Of a stretch of DNA of 64,000 nt, positions 25,921-37,487 are shown one piece after another (position 1 is the first letter of the stretch; every line of letters begins with the position of its first letter). The notes beneath the pieces were generated by a model. The model made no database searches. It worked only from the letters and a program-made list of their open reading frames with translations, and was not told the DNA's origin. The translations under genes and the position numbers were made by a program. The stretch is from Macrostomum lignano (taxonomy: Eukaryota), in contig NIVC01000018.1 in the NCBI GenBank assembly GCA_002269645.1, positions 124,001 to 188,000 on the forward strand, in the 5' to 3' direction.

Positions 25921-26293
25921 CCTCGCCAATCTTCATGAAACCTTTGCCAATCTTCATGAAACCTTTGCCAATCTTCATGAAACCTTTGCGAATCTTCATG
26001 AAACCTTTACTAATCTTGATGAAACCTTTGCCAATCTTCATGAAACCCTCGCCAATCTTCATGAAACCCTCGCCAATCTTCATGAAACCCTCGCCAATCT
26101 TCATGAAACCTTTGCAAATCTTCATGAAACCCTCGCCAATCTTCATGAAACCTTTGCAAATCTTCATGAAACCCTCGCCAATCTTCATGAAACCCTCGCC
26201 AATCTTCATGAAACCCTCGCCAATCTTCATGAAACCTTTGCAAATCTTCATGAAACCCTCGCCAATCTTCATGAAACCCTCGCCAATCTTCAC
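25921..26293. repeat. 21-bp minisatellite (GCCAATCTTCATGAAACCCTC)n
   Basis: About 17 units; open in several frames on both strands. Confidence 0.95.
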
Positions 26294-26448
26294 GAATCCC
26301 TCAAATCTTATTAAAATATTAGGAACGCAAGCTAATGCTATGGAACTGTTTTATGGGTTTAGTAGCTGCATCTAAATGTCCTTAACGAACGCTCCTGTTC
26401 TCAAAGCATGCTAGATCGAGCTTCCGACTGCCCTTGAACAGCGCTGGG

Positions 26449-26654
26449 CTAGACTTCCATCTCGGCCCGGGACACGCGATCCTCGTGCCCCAGCGTGAGT
26501 CGGACTCGCTGCCTCTCGGCTGTGGCCGCCCGACTCGACTGCTGATCGAAGTCGATCTGCACCAGCAGAGTCTGCAGGCCATAGACAGCGATCAGGGCCA
26601 GGGCGATCATTGCCGCCAGGGTCATCAGCGGCAGGGCCGCGATTATTATTGACA
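26449..26654 (-). CDS. Possible exon of an unidentified small membrane protein
   Basis: GC-rich island; acceptor cctcag|TG at 26655/26654; encodes SIIIAALPLMTLAAMIALALIAVYGLQTLLV (hydrophobic) then a polar tail to TAG; the upstream exon was not found. Confidence 0.35.
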
Positions 26655-26698
26655 CTGAGGATTTCAGTATGGGATATTTGGAGCTATTCGCATTTTCT

Positions 26699-27196
26699 AC
26701 AGGTCATGGACTCCTGCCTAACAGGTGGCAGGTTCTACTCTGCAGGTCATGGACTCCTGCCTAACAGGTGGCAGGTTCTATTCTGCAGTTCATGGACTCC
26801 TGTCTAACAGGTGGCAGGTTCTATTCTGCAGGTCATGGACTCCTGCCTAACAGGTGGCAGGTTCTATTCTGCAGGTCATGGACTCCTGCCTAACAGGTGG
26901 CAGGTTCTATTCTAGAGGTCATGGACTCCTGCCTAACAGGTGGCAGGTTCTATTCTAGAGGTCATGGACTCCTGTCTAACAGGTGGCAGGTTCTACTCTG
27001 CAGGTCATGGACTCCTGCCTAACAGGTGGCAGGTTCTATTCTGCAGGTCATGGACTCCTGTCTAACAAGTGGCAGGTTCTATTCTAGAGGTCATGGACTC
27101 CTGCCTAACAGGTGGCAGGTTCTATTCTGCAGGTCATGGACTCCTGTCTAACAAGTGGCAGGTTCTATTCTAGAGGTCATGGACTCCTGTCTAACA
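26699..27196. repeat. 43-bp minisatellite (CAGGTCATGGACTCCTGCCTAACAGGTGGCAGGTTCTATTCTG)n
   Basis: About 11.5 units, period 43 (26701 to 26744). Confidence 0.95.
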
Positions 27197-27989
27197 TATG
27201 ATGCTTTATCTCCAATGGCGGTAAAATTCAGACACACCAAGCTAATTTTTAAATAAATTTGAGTCAGCCTTACCAAAAAATGATGCCATTGAAGCCGCGA
27301 GACCAATTGCTGCTAAATTACCGAACAGAATTTGCACCCAAGCATGGTTATACAGTTAGCGATTCCACACCAGCTCATAGTAGGGCCATCTGCAACTTTA
27401 TGCAGCTAAGTAATGTTTCACCATTCAGGATTAGTAAGTACTAAAAAATGATTTATCATCTTTCGGTTTTTAAGAAGACGTGAGCATTCAATTTAATACA
27501 CGGCCAAACAACCCATGCTTCGGCGACTGTCTATGGCCAAAACCGCGAATGGGGAGAGCATTGAATTCAAGACATCGAGCAGTAAAATTTAGACTTGAGA
27601 AATTTTTTAAACAATAGACAGACGATTTGTGTATTTTGTGACGCAGAAAGCGAAAAAGTGATAGAGTGAATTTAGCATTCTGTGTTGCACATAGCGAACA
27701 AGTCGAAACTAAAACTGTTAAGAAACTGTCAGACCGCATTTGTGCTCAATCAGATGTTTTCATGGGCCAACAGAGAGGCAGGAAGCGCAGTGTGTGAGCA
27801 AACCGTGATGACATTCAAGCCTGACTCCGCAATTCTCTGCAGTGTACCATGGAACGCCAATCCTGTTATATTTATTTCGTCTGATGGGCTCCCAGCTCCA
27901 TTTACAAGCCATATGAGTATGACTTGTGTTAATTTAACTGTTCTCTGTGTCTTAAACAGAATATTTTACCCATCCCTGGTTACCCGTCC

Positions 27990-29260
27990 CTGTGCCATAG
28001 ACCAGACGGTGTTTTGACCACAGTGCATGCATTGTTCTTAGTTTGTTAGTCCCAATTTCTCGATTGCCGAAATAAAGTGGCCTATCTAGGGAGCATAAGA
28101 TCTATGACTGCTATTGCTATTCGCATGAAAGCTATATTTTTAATGTAGGATTCATACATCGATTTTGCGTGCTTAAATGGTCTATGGCACTCGTGCTATT
28201 CTGCTCGTGGCTGCGCGCACTCGTGCATAGACCATTTAAGCACGCAAAATCGATGTATGAGTTGCATTGTATTACGTTGGCTTAATACTTTAGATGGCGC
28301 GTTAGATGCACGCTCAGTTAATTTGTCTTAACCATAGACAAAAATGCGTGAAAGGCACGCAAGTTGATTGAGTGTTGCGAATCTGAAGGGAATAAGAAGC
28401 TGTTAAATTAAAATCACTTGTGAGAGAATATGGCTGAGCCACCAACTAAAGTCAGACTTCTGAATCTGAGCAAATGAGATTGACGACATTCTGAACGAGC
28501 CTGATAATCTACCGGAGTCGGCAATTGATCGAGAAGAGGAGGATCTTCTGGAGGCACTTTTCAAGAAGATACCTGACGAAGAAGCTGAACTACTTGAATT
28601 GGAACAGCTCGTTTCCGAAATCGAGGACACCGCTGCTAGTAAAAGTGTAAGAGTGTGGTTTATAACTTCTACAACACTGTCAACAACTGCACGTTCAATT
28701 CTTCTTATTGAACTTTATTTTATTATTCACTCGATTACTTTACTTTATTCACTTTATTATTCACTCGAGTAATAACAATTAGTAATAATTTTCCCACACT
28801 GAACTTCCAAATGCAGAACGCCTTCATCCTCATTCGCTTTCCCTGTCAATGATAGGTAATCGTCTACGCAGTCTACCTTGTTTACACAGTTCCCTGTTAT
28901 TCGTTCGTTGTACTTGTAGCAGAAGTATACTTATTAAAATATACTCACTTTCCGTGCATTACACGCACGCGTTAGACGCACGCTTGTTGCCTTTACTCAG
29001 ATAGAAAATTGCCATAGACACCTACATTAGACGCACAGTAAATCGTGCATCTAACGCGCGCCAGCGTGTTACAATGATATATTCCTGCACGGTCACGAGT
29101 GCACGATGTCCTTTACGCACGAGTGAACGTGAAGGAATTCCATTGTCGGATGATTCATCGTGCAGGAATGCACAAAACCGTGCAGGAATGCATTTCTGCG
29201 CCTAATGCTTTTTCAGTGAGATTTTACCATAGACATCCTTTCTGCACGCAAAAGAGTGCA
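27990..29260. mobile_element. Degenerate repeat/DNA-transposon remnant with CCATAGAC motifs and multiple inverted repeats
   Basis: 35-bp perfect IR 28152-28186/28226-28260; 16-bp IR 28297-28312/29044-29059; TTCCTGCACG/CGTGCAGGAA IRs at 29082 and 29159/29179; several CCATAGAC copies; boundaries not defined. Confidence 0.45.
28430..28646 (+). pseudogene. Frameshifted acidic ORF fragment
   Basis: ATG 28430 MAEPPTKVRLLNLSK* overlaps a second frame ANEIDDILNEPDNLPESAIDREEEDLLEALFKKIPDEEAELLELEQLVSEIEDTAASKS. Confidence 0.3.
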
Positions 29261-29666
29261 AGAATGCCATTCTTGCATGGAAAATCAGCCGACAATGTAA
29301 AAAATACCTTGCAGTTCTTAAAACCATGCCAAAATAATCAACAAAAGTACAAGAAGGGTGGTTACAAAGTACTAGAATACGATGTCGATGGCTGTTATTC
29401 ATTAATTTTGCTATTATTTATTAGTAAAGTCGAAGTGCAATAACAGTACTAGACAGTACTAGAATTATTAATAACTAGACCGGAGTACACAGAACATGCA
29501 AATTACTATTCGGTGCGAGTCTACGGTATTTAGAAGTAAAAATAGGATTGCTGAATTCCCTGTGCATTCAATTGCATTTAGTTGACAGTTGATTAAATTG
29601 ATAAAAACCACAGAGTCAAGCAGTAAAAGCCAAAGTGCAAATGTGGTAAACCCTGCAGGAAGTACA

Positions 29667-30503
29667 TTAGGTCCTTTTGGCCGCCGGTTTTCGCTTTTTC
29701 GGCGACGCGACCGGACGTTGTTGATCGGTTTTGGAAGCTCGAGCTACGCGCTTAGCAACTGGACGAGCAGCTTCCTCTTCTTCATCTTCATCTTCATCTT
29801 CATCTTCATCTTCATCATCTTCCTCGTTCAAGTCAACAGACCCATCGACGGATTCTTCGTCAATTTCATCGGCGTCATCGTCGCAGTCGGCCTCGCCGTC
29901 GTCGTCAGGGTCGTGCACGCGCACCTGGTGCAGGCCGGTGAGCCACACGGGACCGGCGCCCTCGGCCAGCTCGAAGGTCACCTCGTTCTGGCTGTCCAGC
30001 ACAAACTCGTAGCCGAGGCTGACCGTCCGCTGACTGTCCGGATCGATGCACACTATCGGACAGGTGTCCGGCTCGTCCTGTCCGTAGCACTTGGTGCGCA
30101 CGGCGATCAGGTGGACGCCGGCGGCTTTAGGACCCAGGATGCAGGCGTTCACCTTCAGCACGTGCTGCATGAAGTCGGCGTCGGCGGCGGCCTCGCCGTT
30201 GCTGTGATGACCATTTTGATCAGCGCCTTTGGTCTGCTCTTCGCCTTTGCCTTCGGCTTCCTTCGCCTTTTCACCGTCGCTGCCGTTTCGCTCGTCGTGC
30301 TGACCAACTTGACGCTTTGGACGGTCGTCCTTGCCGTTTGCGGATAATGTCGTCGCTCTCTCCGGCTCCCAGCGATACTTGGGATTGGCCTCGGCCAGCT
30401 GGCAGCTCCAGAAGTGAAACGACATCTGCTGCTGCGATTGAATGTCCCGCTGAGTATCGGCGCCAAACTGAACGTCTACCAATGACATTGTCCAATGTTT
30501 CAC
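29667..30503 (-). CDS. Nucleoplasmin/NPL-domain histone chaperone-like protein, copy B (278 aa, intronless)
   Basis: FHFWSCQL...YRWEPE, core almost identical to copy A, acidic tract EEDDEDEDEDEDEDEEEE, NLS-like tail SPKKRKPAAKRT. Confidence 0.88.
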   Translation of the reverse strand: MKHWTMSLVDVQFGADTQRDIQSQQQMSFHFWSCQLAEANPKYRWEPERATTLSANGKDDRPKRQVGQHDERNGSDGEKAKEAEGKGEEQTKGADQNGHHSNGEAAADADFMQHVLKVNACILGPKAAGVHLIAVRTKCYGQDEPDTCPIVCIDPDSQRTVSLGYEFVLDSQNEVTFELAEGAGPVWLTGLHQVRVHDPDDDGEADCDDDADEIDEESVDGSVDLNEEDDEDEDEDEDEDEEEEAARPVAKRVARASKTDQQRPVASPKKRKPAAKRT

Positions 30504-31667
30504 TTATAGCAGCTAAGGACTTTGTTAGAAATGCTCCGAGAGTCAAGCTGAATCTGGCGCGTAAGTGAAGAGAAAGTTAAAAAGAAAGCTGAATCTTTTA
30601 TACATGTGGGTTGGGAGGGTTTGGCCCAATGAATAGTGACACTGCGTGTATCAGATGATTATTGTGACGCAACAGGGTCCAGAAGTGAGGAGGTGGGTTG
30701 GGGTGGTTGGTTCTGAGCTATAGGCTGGGACCCTATAAAGCTGCATGTTGCAAGCTGATGAGTTGCAGTCATCACTTTTATGGCTATAAGTTTGTACATC
30801 TTCAGTGGAAAAGCTATTTTTCAATTGAACTCACGATGGAAATGAAGTCTGACATTGATTTTTAATAAAGTCTGTGGCGCCTCGATGGACCATCAGTTGT
30901 CGTTTGATCCACGTCCATTTAGCACACACAGATCAGCGCGTGTACGTGCTTGGCGGCGGCATGAAAGTCAGTGCACTCTATAGCTATACCACCTGAGTGA
31001 ATGCGTGCCTGCCTATGCAAGTCCGAGCACACAATTCGTATCTGATCGTTGGTGAGTATGCTTAAAGCTCATTCACAATGCCATCAAATCACAGGAAAAC
31101 AAAGGAATCAAATTTAGTGTTACAAAAAGTTGTGGGATCAAACGAAATTTAGCGTTGCGAACTCAAGGGAATCAAAATGACCACTCCGTTGGCTAGTACA
31201 TGTATACTGTATGTACATTAAGCACAGTTCCGAAAAGTGCAAGCTAGAGCTGTCACATTGCGCGGACACATCACCGCAACCAAGGTGGAATTAGGCCAAC
31301 GGCGGTTATCGAGAAAGATGGAACGCACGTGACTATAGAAACTGGCGCAGGCCAATGACGCGGATGACACACTTAACTGGCAACATGGCAATGGCTTCCC
31401 TTGAAAGAGACACCATTAACCCCCTCCCTCCGTTACTCTTGTTTACAATGGTTTCGTTTTAAACCTTCAAAAGTCTTCAGCGTTTTGCTGGATGAATAGC
31501 TACATGTACTCGTACATCGACAGTTCGTACTGGAGTTGTGCCATAGACAATAGCACAGGGGCACAAACGCGCGAATTCTGACCAACGTGTGGCCTGAAAA
31601 ATCGAAGGACAACGATTTGTAAATATATGATTTCTTAATAGAAGAATAGGAACAAGAAATAAAAACA

Positions 31668-32115
31668 GGTGACCGGACATTTTGTCAACCGGCATTTTGT
31701 CAACCGGCATTTCGTCAACCAGACATTACGGCAACTCAGCAAATTGTAGCTGAATATATAGCTGCACCAGCCAGAGAATGTGAGAAGTAGTAACGCGATT
31801 TCAAAATTGTTTAACACTTCTTCTTGGAAGTAGATTTTCGTGAGGAATTTTCGTAAATTCCTCAATGGTGTCGCAATACTCGTACCATGGTACCTGAAAC
31901 ACCATGCACATGGTTTCAATATATTTTCTATGATGAAAAAACTCTTAAAACTTAAAACTTTAACTTAAATATGTTAACCTTAACGGCTAACATGACGGAC
32001 GAATATTTTTGGCTTGAACCAAATGTCCGGTTGCTGTAATGTCTGGTTGACAAAATACCATGCAGTTAACGAAATGCCGGTTGACGAAATGCCGGTTGAC
32101 AAATGTCCTGGAACC
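31668..32115. mobile_element. 448-bp foldback/MITE-like element with long imperfect TIRs made of CATTT(T/C)GTCAACCGG repeats
   Basis: Left GGTGACCGGACATTTTGTCAACCGGCATTTTGTCAACCGGCATTTCGTCAAC; right (reverse complement) GGTTCCAGGACATTTGTCAACCGGCATTTCGTCAACCGGCATTTCGTTAAC; no clear TSD. Confidence 0.7.
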
Positions 32116-33987
32116 AAAGAAAAAGTTTTTCGTTTCTCAGAAAATGGAGGTTATAGGCTTTACGGAAAATTTATAGACAAAAAGCTATAAATTAAAGACA
32201 GGCAGATTATGCTTGTCTTTATTATGACTACGTAGACTCCAGCTCGCAGGCCATCTCATCCGCGCCGAGTCGTACTGCCCACAGCCGGTGCAGGAGGTGC
32301 TGCTGCTCACGCTGCAGGCACCCTACCGGCGAGGTCAAGCGCGAACTCGGCGTTATGTCGACTGTCTGCTGGCTGACGCCGGCGCCCCGGACACTGCCGG
32401 TGGCGCGGCCTTTGTTCGCGCCCAAGCCACGAAGCGCGCCCTGTGACGCTGACTTTTACCATCATGACAGCGTATTTTGTTGTTGTTGTTGTGTTGTAGC
32501 TCGTAAATTTTTATTACTTCAATTGATAGCAAAGCAATTAGCTTTTCTGCTAAGCTTTTTTGCGACAATCTTATACTGTGTTTTACCTACATATAGACAA
32601 ATACCTACACCCAACACGAGTGACCTACGAGCACAACTGAGGCGTTGTCAAATATTTTTAGAAAAATAAACTAAAACTAGCGATTATGGATTTGCTTATC
32701 ATTGTCTACTATTTAGGTTTGTAACCCGTATCGAGGAATATTAGGTCCTTCTTAGAAAATCCATAATCCAAAGGCACCAAAGTGCACATTGGTGAATTTA
32801 AAATAATTTTAAATGTACAACACAGCCGTATTTTATTAACTAGCAGGCGGTGTAGCGTAGCTGTATAAGATTTTGGAATTTGGGGAGCTCAGGGTGGTTG
32901 TTGTTAGGACATTAGAATGTCAACAAAAGAGCCTCATTTAAAAAATCAATGCGAAAAATACAAAATTCGCCGTATGTCTTAGATACTCTACTTTAGCTAG
33001 CCTAGGTACTATTATTCATTCCGTCGTCTGCCGGAGTATTGTATTAAAATATTTAAATTACGAGCTATAGTTTTTCAGCCTTTTAGCTAAATACTTTACC
33101 ATTATTTACATTTTAAAATGTTTTTAAAAGCGATTTAGGCAAAGTATGCAAATTAAGCGAGGTGTAAGATTTCTTGTTTGCAACATATGTTTATCTGCGT
33201 TAGAAAACCTGTTTTTTTAAAACAATGATTTTATCACCTGATCGAAGTCGACAAATTATGAAGAATGTAAATTTTATTAAGGTATCAGGCGTATAGCTGA
33301 CTTGCCTTTCAGCCTAGCTAAAAATTTACTTACTGTACGTTTTAATCACTAAAATGTTTAGTGATAATTTCATCGGATAATGATAATGCATCTGATAATG
33401 TCAGATGCAGGACACTTCGTCAGAATACACATTTGTTAGGTTTTTGTCCGGACATTTTTGTCCGACTAAGGAGTGATACATTTCTTCCAAGGAACAATTT
33501 TTCGAAAATTTCGAAGATGGGCTAAGTAACTACAGTCTAAAACAATCAATGTATAAAAGCGAGACTTAAAATTTAAATTTCAACTTGCAGGTTGTAAAAG
33601 GCCTGTAATATAGACATTAATACTAGGCCTAATAGCCTAGGCCTGTGACCTATAACTGCTAGGCCCGCCTATCTTATGTAAATTTAATTATTATCAACCA
33701 TTGATTTAGGACTTTAGGTATCCATCAAAAGGTATAAGGTCATCTATTAAAATCTTTCTTATAGACTTACAATGTAAGCATTATATAACATAGGTCATTA
33801 TATAACATAATTTAAATAAAAATTGATATAGGCCTATCTACCTCTACTACTTGTTTTTTGTATGTTGTCATCAATAGGCCTATTGAGACTAGTCCTAAAA
33901 GCTAGTCCTATAAATTATTGTCATAGGGGCCTAATTTTGTTTGGTAAAAAGGCTTTATAATACTAGAATTTTATGGATCCTAGGCCT

Positions 33988-35099
33988 AGTCATTTTGTCA
34001 ACTGCCATTTCGTCAACTGGACACATCGTCAACCCGTTCCCCATATTGGTCGTTTCGTCAACCAACCAATAGGATACTTTCAAAGCTTGGTTATTTCGTC
34101 AACTGTTCAATGGGACAATGTCAACTTTTGGTCACTTCGTCAACTGCCAATAATACACGCCCCGCATGCAGCCCTCCTCCTTTCTCATTCTGGGCTTGGG
34201 ACCAGACAATGGTGGAGTTACTGCCACAAAGATACAGTTTGTATGGTAAAAAAGGAAAATGCAAGTTGCACAAAATCACAAACATGGTTCAAGTTACAGA
34301 GACAGGGCACGTTGTCAGTTTGGGGGGTAGGTGCGAAGATGGATTGAGAGAACAGGTGTCAGCGCAAGGGGCCCTGGTTCAAGTTACAGAGGGCCTTTTC
34401 ATATTGCTTGTTCTGGTTCTAGAACCAGAACCAATTCGTGAAGTATAACTTTTTGTCTCCATAACTAGAGGAAGATATGTGCTATAAAGTTTTTATTATT
34501 GAATGACAATCGCCAAGAAGAAAGTGAAAATTGTGCTAAGTGGGGTTGTTAAGGCAGTCAAACATTCAACAGAATTAAATAGTTATACTGCTGTTTTTCT
34601 TGGAAGATCCGAACCGATTCTGATTCTGGAATCGGTAATATGAAAAGCCTCAGAGATAGGGCACATTGTCAGTTTGGGGGTGGGTGCGAAGATGCATTGA
34701 GAGAAGTCAGTTGGTTCATCGGTGGTTCTTTTTGTGGTGAATTCAGAAGTTGTCGAAGAAGAAGGTGGAAAGCATGAAAGATTGATCTTGCCTTTGTAGT
34801 GGCATGCTTGCTGCATATGTATACAAATTAATAGAGAACATTCCGGGAAATCTGGGAGTTTCTGGAATAATACCCGATAATAACAAAGGTAATAAGTGGA
34901 TATATGACATGCGTTAGTTGATGTACATAGGTTATTTGCAAACTGTAGACGAAGTAACTAACATTCTCAGGTTATTTCGTCAACTGACTAATGAACCAAT
35001 CTAAAACCTTGGTCGTTTCGTCAACTGCAAGTGAGACCACCTTAAAATGTTAGTCAATTCGTTAACCCAGTTGACAAACTAGCAGTTGACAAAATTACC
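33988..35099. mobile_element. ~1.1-kb non-autonomous element with 18-bp TIRs and GTCAAC subterminal repeats
   Basis: Left AGTCATTTTGTCAACTGC versus right (reverse complement) GGTAATTTTGTCAACTGC (16/18); clusters of TTCGTCAAC at both ends; internal ~55-bp diverged direct repeat at ~34297 and ~34650. Confidence 0.6.
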
Positions 35100-36599
35100 A
35101 GCACCCAATTTTATAATGCCAAAAATAGCTTATTTTATTAGACAAATTTATAATATAAGAGTAATTATTACCAAGTTTTTTTATATGGTCATTCTTTCAA
35201 GATTCTTAGACAAGTCATTATGCACTTGTGCCTACTTGTCAAATTCATATAGGCTTATACACCAAAAATGGGCTTATTTGTATACTCTTAAACTAAGGTG
35301 TATATATGCTTATATACATTTGTATGCTTCTAAGTTATCCTATTTTTTCCCTTCCCCAAGCAAGAATTCTATCTTAGTCATTATTGGCTTAATCTTATTA
35401 AATTTTCTAAGATATAAAAATTTTTATTTTATAAAAAGCTATAGACATAAATAATGAGTTTTCTATTAGCAATCTATCCCTTTCTATTAGGAAGGCAAGG
35501 AAAAAAGCAGTTAATTTGTAAATAATCTAAGGTTTAAACCTTTATTGTTAATTAAAGCATTAGTGCACTAGTTCTAAAAGCCTAACCTTCTAACTAGTAG
35601 GGAATCTAGAGTTTCATTTTAAAAGGGGTGGTCCAAGTTTAAGGTGCCAATACAAGTATTAGGGGCACTAATTTTTAACTTAGGGGTACAAAAATGCATA
35701 TAGAAAGCAAAAAATCAAGCTCAAAAGCACAAAAAATGCATGTATTGGATTAAAAGTCAAGCTTAAACATGCAAAAAGGTGTTTGGGGCAAAAAATCTAG
35801 TTTAAAGGGTGCAAACTTAGGTTTTTAGAGGGTGCAATATATTTTATTGAGCTATTTTGAGGGGATAGCTGCTTTCCCCTATCTGCCCCCTCCTTAAATC
35901 TGCCCTTGCTTCTAACCTAAGATATTTGACTTCAGTACTTACTATAAGCTTTGATATCTATTAAAGCTTCACTTTAAATCATAGTTTAACAGTTATTTTA
36001 TTTCTTTACCATTAATAAAGACAACAAAGAAATGAAAAAAAAATCCCTAAGATCCCCTAGGAAATTTGGTTCAAAGCAAGCAATTCTAAGGCAACTCTAA
36101 TGACTCTTTGGCAAATATTTAATAACTCTAAGGCTGTAAAGTCGTTAAAAGTATGCTTAAGTTGCAAATCCAATTTAAAGACACAATTTTATAAGAACCA
36201 ATTTTTCCTTTGGTTCTATAAATCCCCTTATTCAAAATAAAATTGACACTAACAAAGATGTTTTCTATAAATCTCTTTTCTAAAAGTAATACAAGGACAT
36301 AACAAAAAAGCTTTTATAAGATAGTAGACATTCCCTTTAAATATAAAGCATCTCCTTAGATAGCAAGCATCACTAAATAGAAAGAATTCCTAGATCAATG
36401 GTATGTATAGGATTTTCCATTAGGGGGAAAGTGCAAACAGACTAGGAGTATTATCTGTACCAACAAGTTACAACAATAAAGGACCTTTTTGGTATTCTCT
36501 CTGGCTAGTTGCCTCTGGCAAAACCTCTATCAATCCCCTTCCAGCAATTAGGGAAGCCATGGCCTTTTGGCCCTCTTCTATATATGCTATTGCCCTAGA

Positions 36600-36950
36600 T
36601 AGCTAGCACCCCTACCAGATAGCAAGTGTATCTCCCAAGAGCAAGCAACACTAAATAGCAAGCACTCCCAATAGCAAGCAGCCCTAGAAAGTAAGATCTT
36701 TTATATAGCAAGCATCTTCCAAATAGCAAGCATCTCTCCTAACAGCAAGTATCCCTAGAAAGTAAGCATCTCCCAATAGCAAGCAACTTTTAGCAGCATA
36801 CCCTCCAAAATAGTAAGTATCCCCTCAATAGCAAGCATCTTCCCAATAGCAAGTATGAGTATCTCTAGATAGCAAACATCCCCTAATAATAAGCATCCCT
36901 AAATAGCAAGCATCCCTAAAAAGCAAACACTCCTTATATAACAAGCATCT
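36600..36950. repeat. Degenerate TAGCAAGCATC-type tandem repeat
   Basis: Recurrent AGCAAG(C/T)A(T/C)C motif about every 20 bp. Confidence 0.7.
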
Positions 36951-37221
36951 TCCCAATTACTTACAAAAAGATTAACTTGCATATTCAAATTCAAATATAA
37001 GTAGAGTTTTTTTAGAAATATAATCTAATTTAAATAACGATATTTTTAATCATAAAATATATTATGCACAAAATTAAAATAGCTAAAGATTTAAGTGAAT
37101 AAAGTTTAAAAATACATTCATAAGCTTCTAATTCTAGAATTATGAAGCTATTATAATAATAGCCACACTTAAAAGGGTAATAGTCATTTTAGCAATCTAG
37201 ACACTTTGAACTAGTTTAAGA

Positions 37222-37487
37222 CCCTATTGCAGCCAAGGTCTGAACCGCGCCGGACGCCCCCCTTTCCCGCGCCAGACATCTACCCGTACCGCGCCAGGGC
37301 CAGTCCCCAGGATCAGTGATTTGGTTCAATTTTCCCATGCCCCGCGCCACGCCGCCGCGCGCCGCCGCCACACGACACGCCACCGCGCGCCGCCGCCACG
37401 CGCCGCGCCGCTGCCGCGCGCCGCGCCGCCGCCAGGCCAATCCGCGCCGGACGCCGTCCACGAAAATGGCCATTGGCTGCAATAGGG
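37222..37487. mobile_element. 266-bp GC-rich MITE
   Basis: Perfect 15-bp TIRs CCCTATTGCAGCCAA (37222-37236 / 37473-37487); 8-bp target-site duplication GTTTAAGA (37214-37221 / 37488-37495). Confidence 0.85.

Noticed and set aside
25892-26314. Heptad (ANLHETL)n coiled-coil protein
   Set aside because: 21-bp minisatellite also open on the other strand; TTG start and no unique coding flanks.
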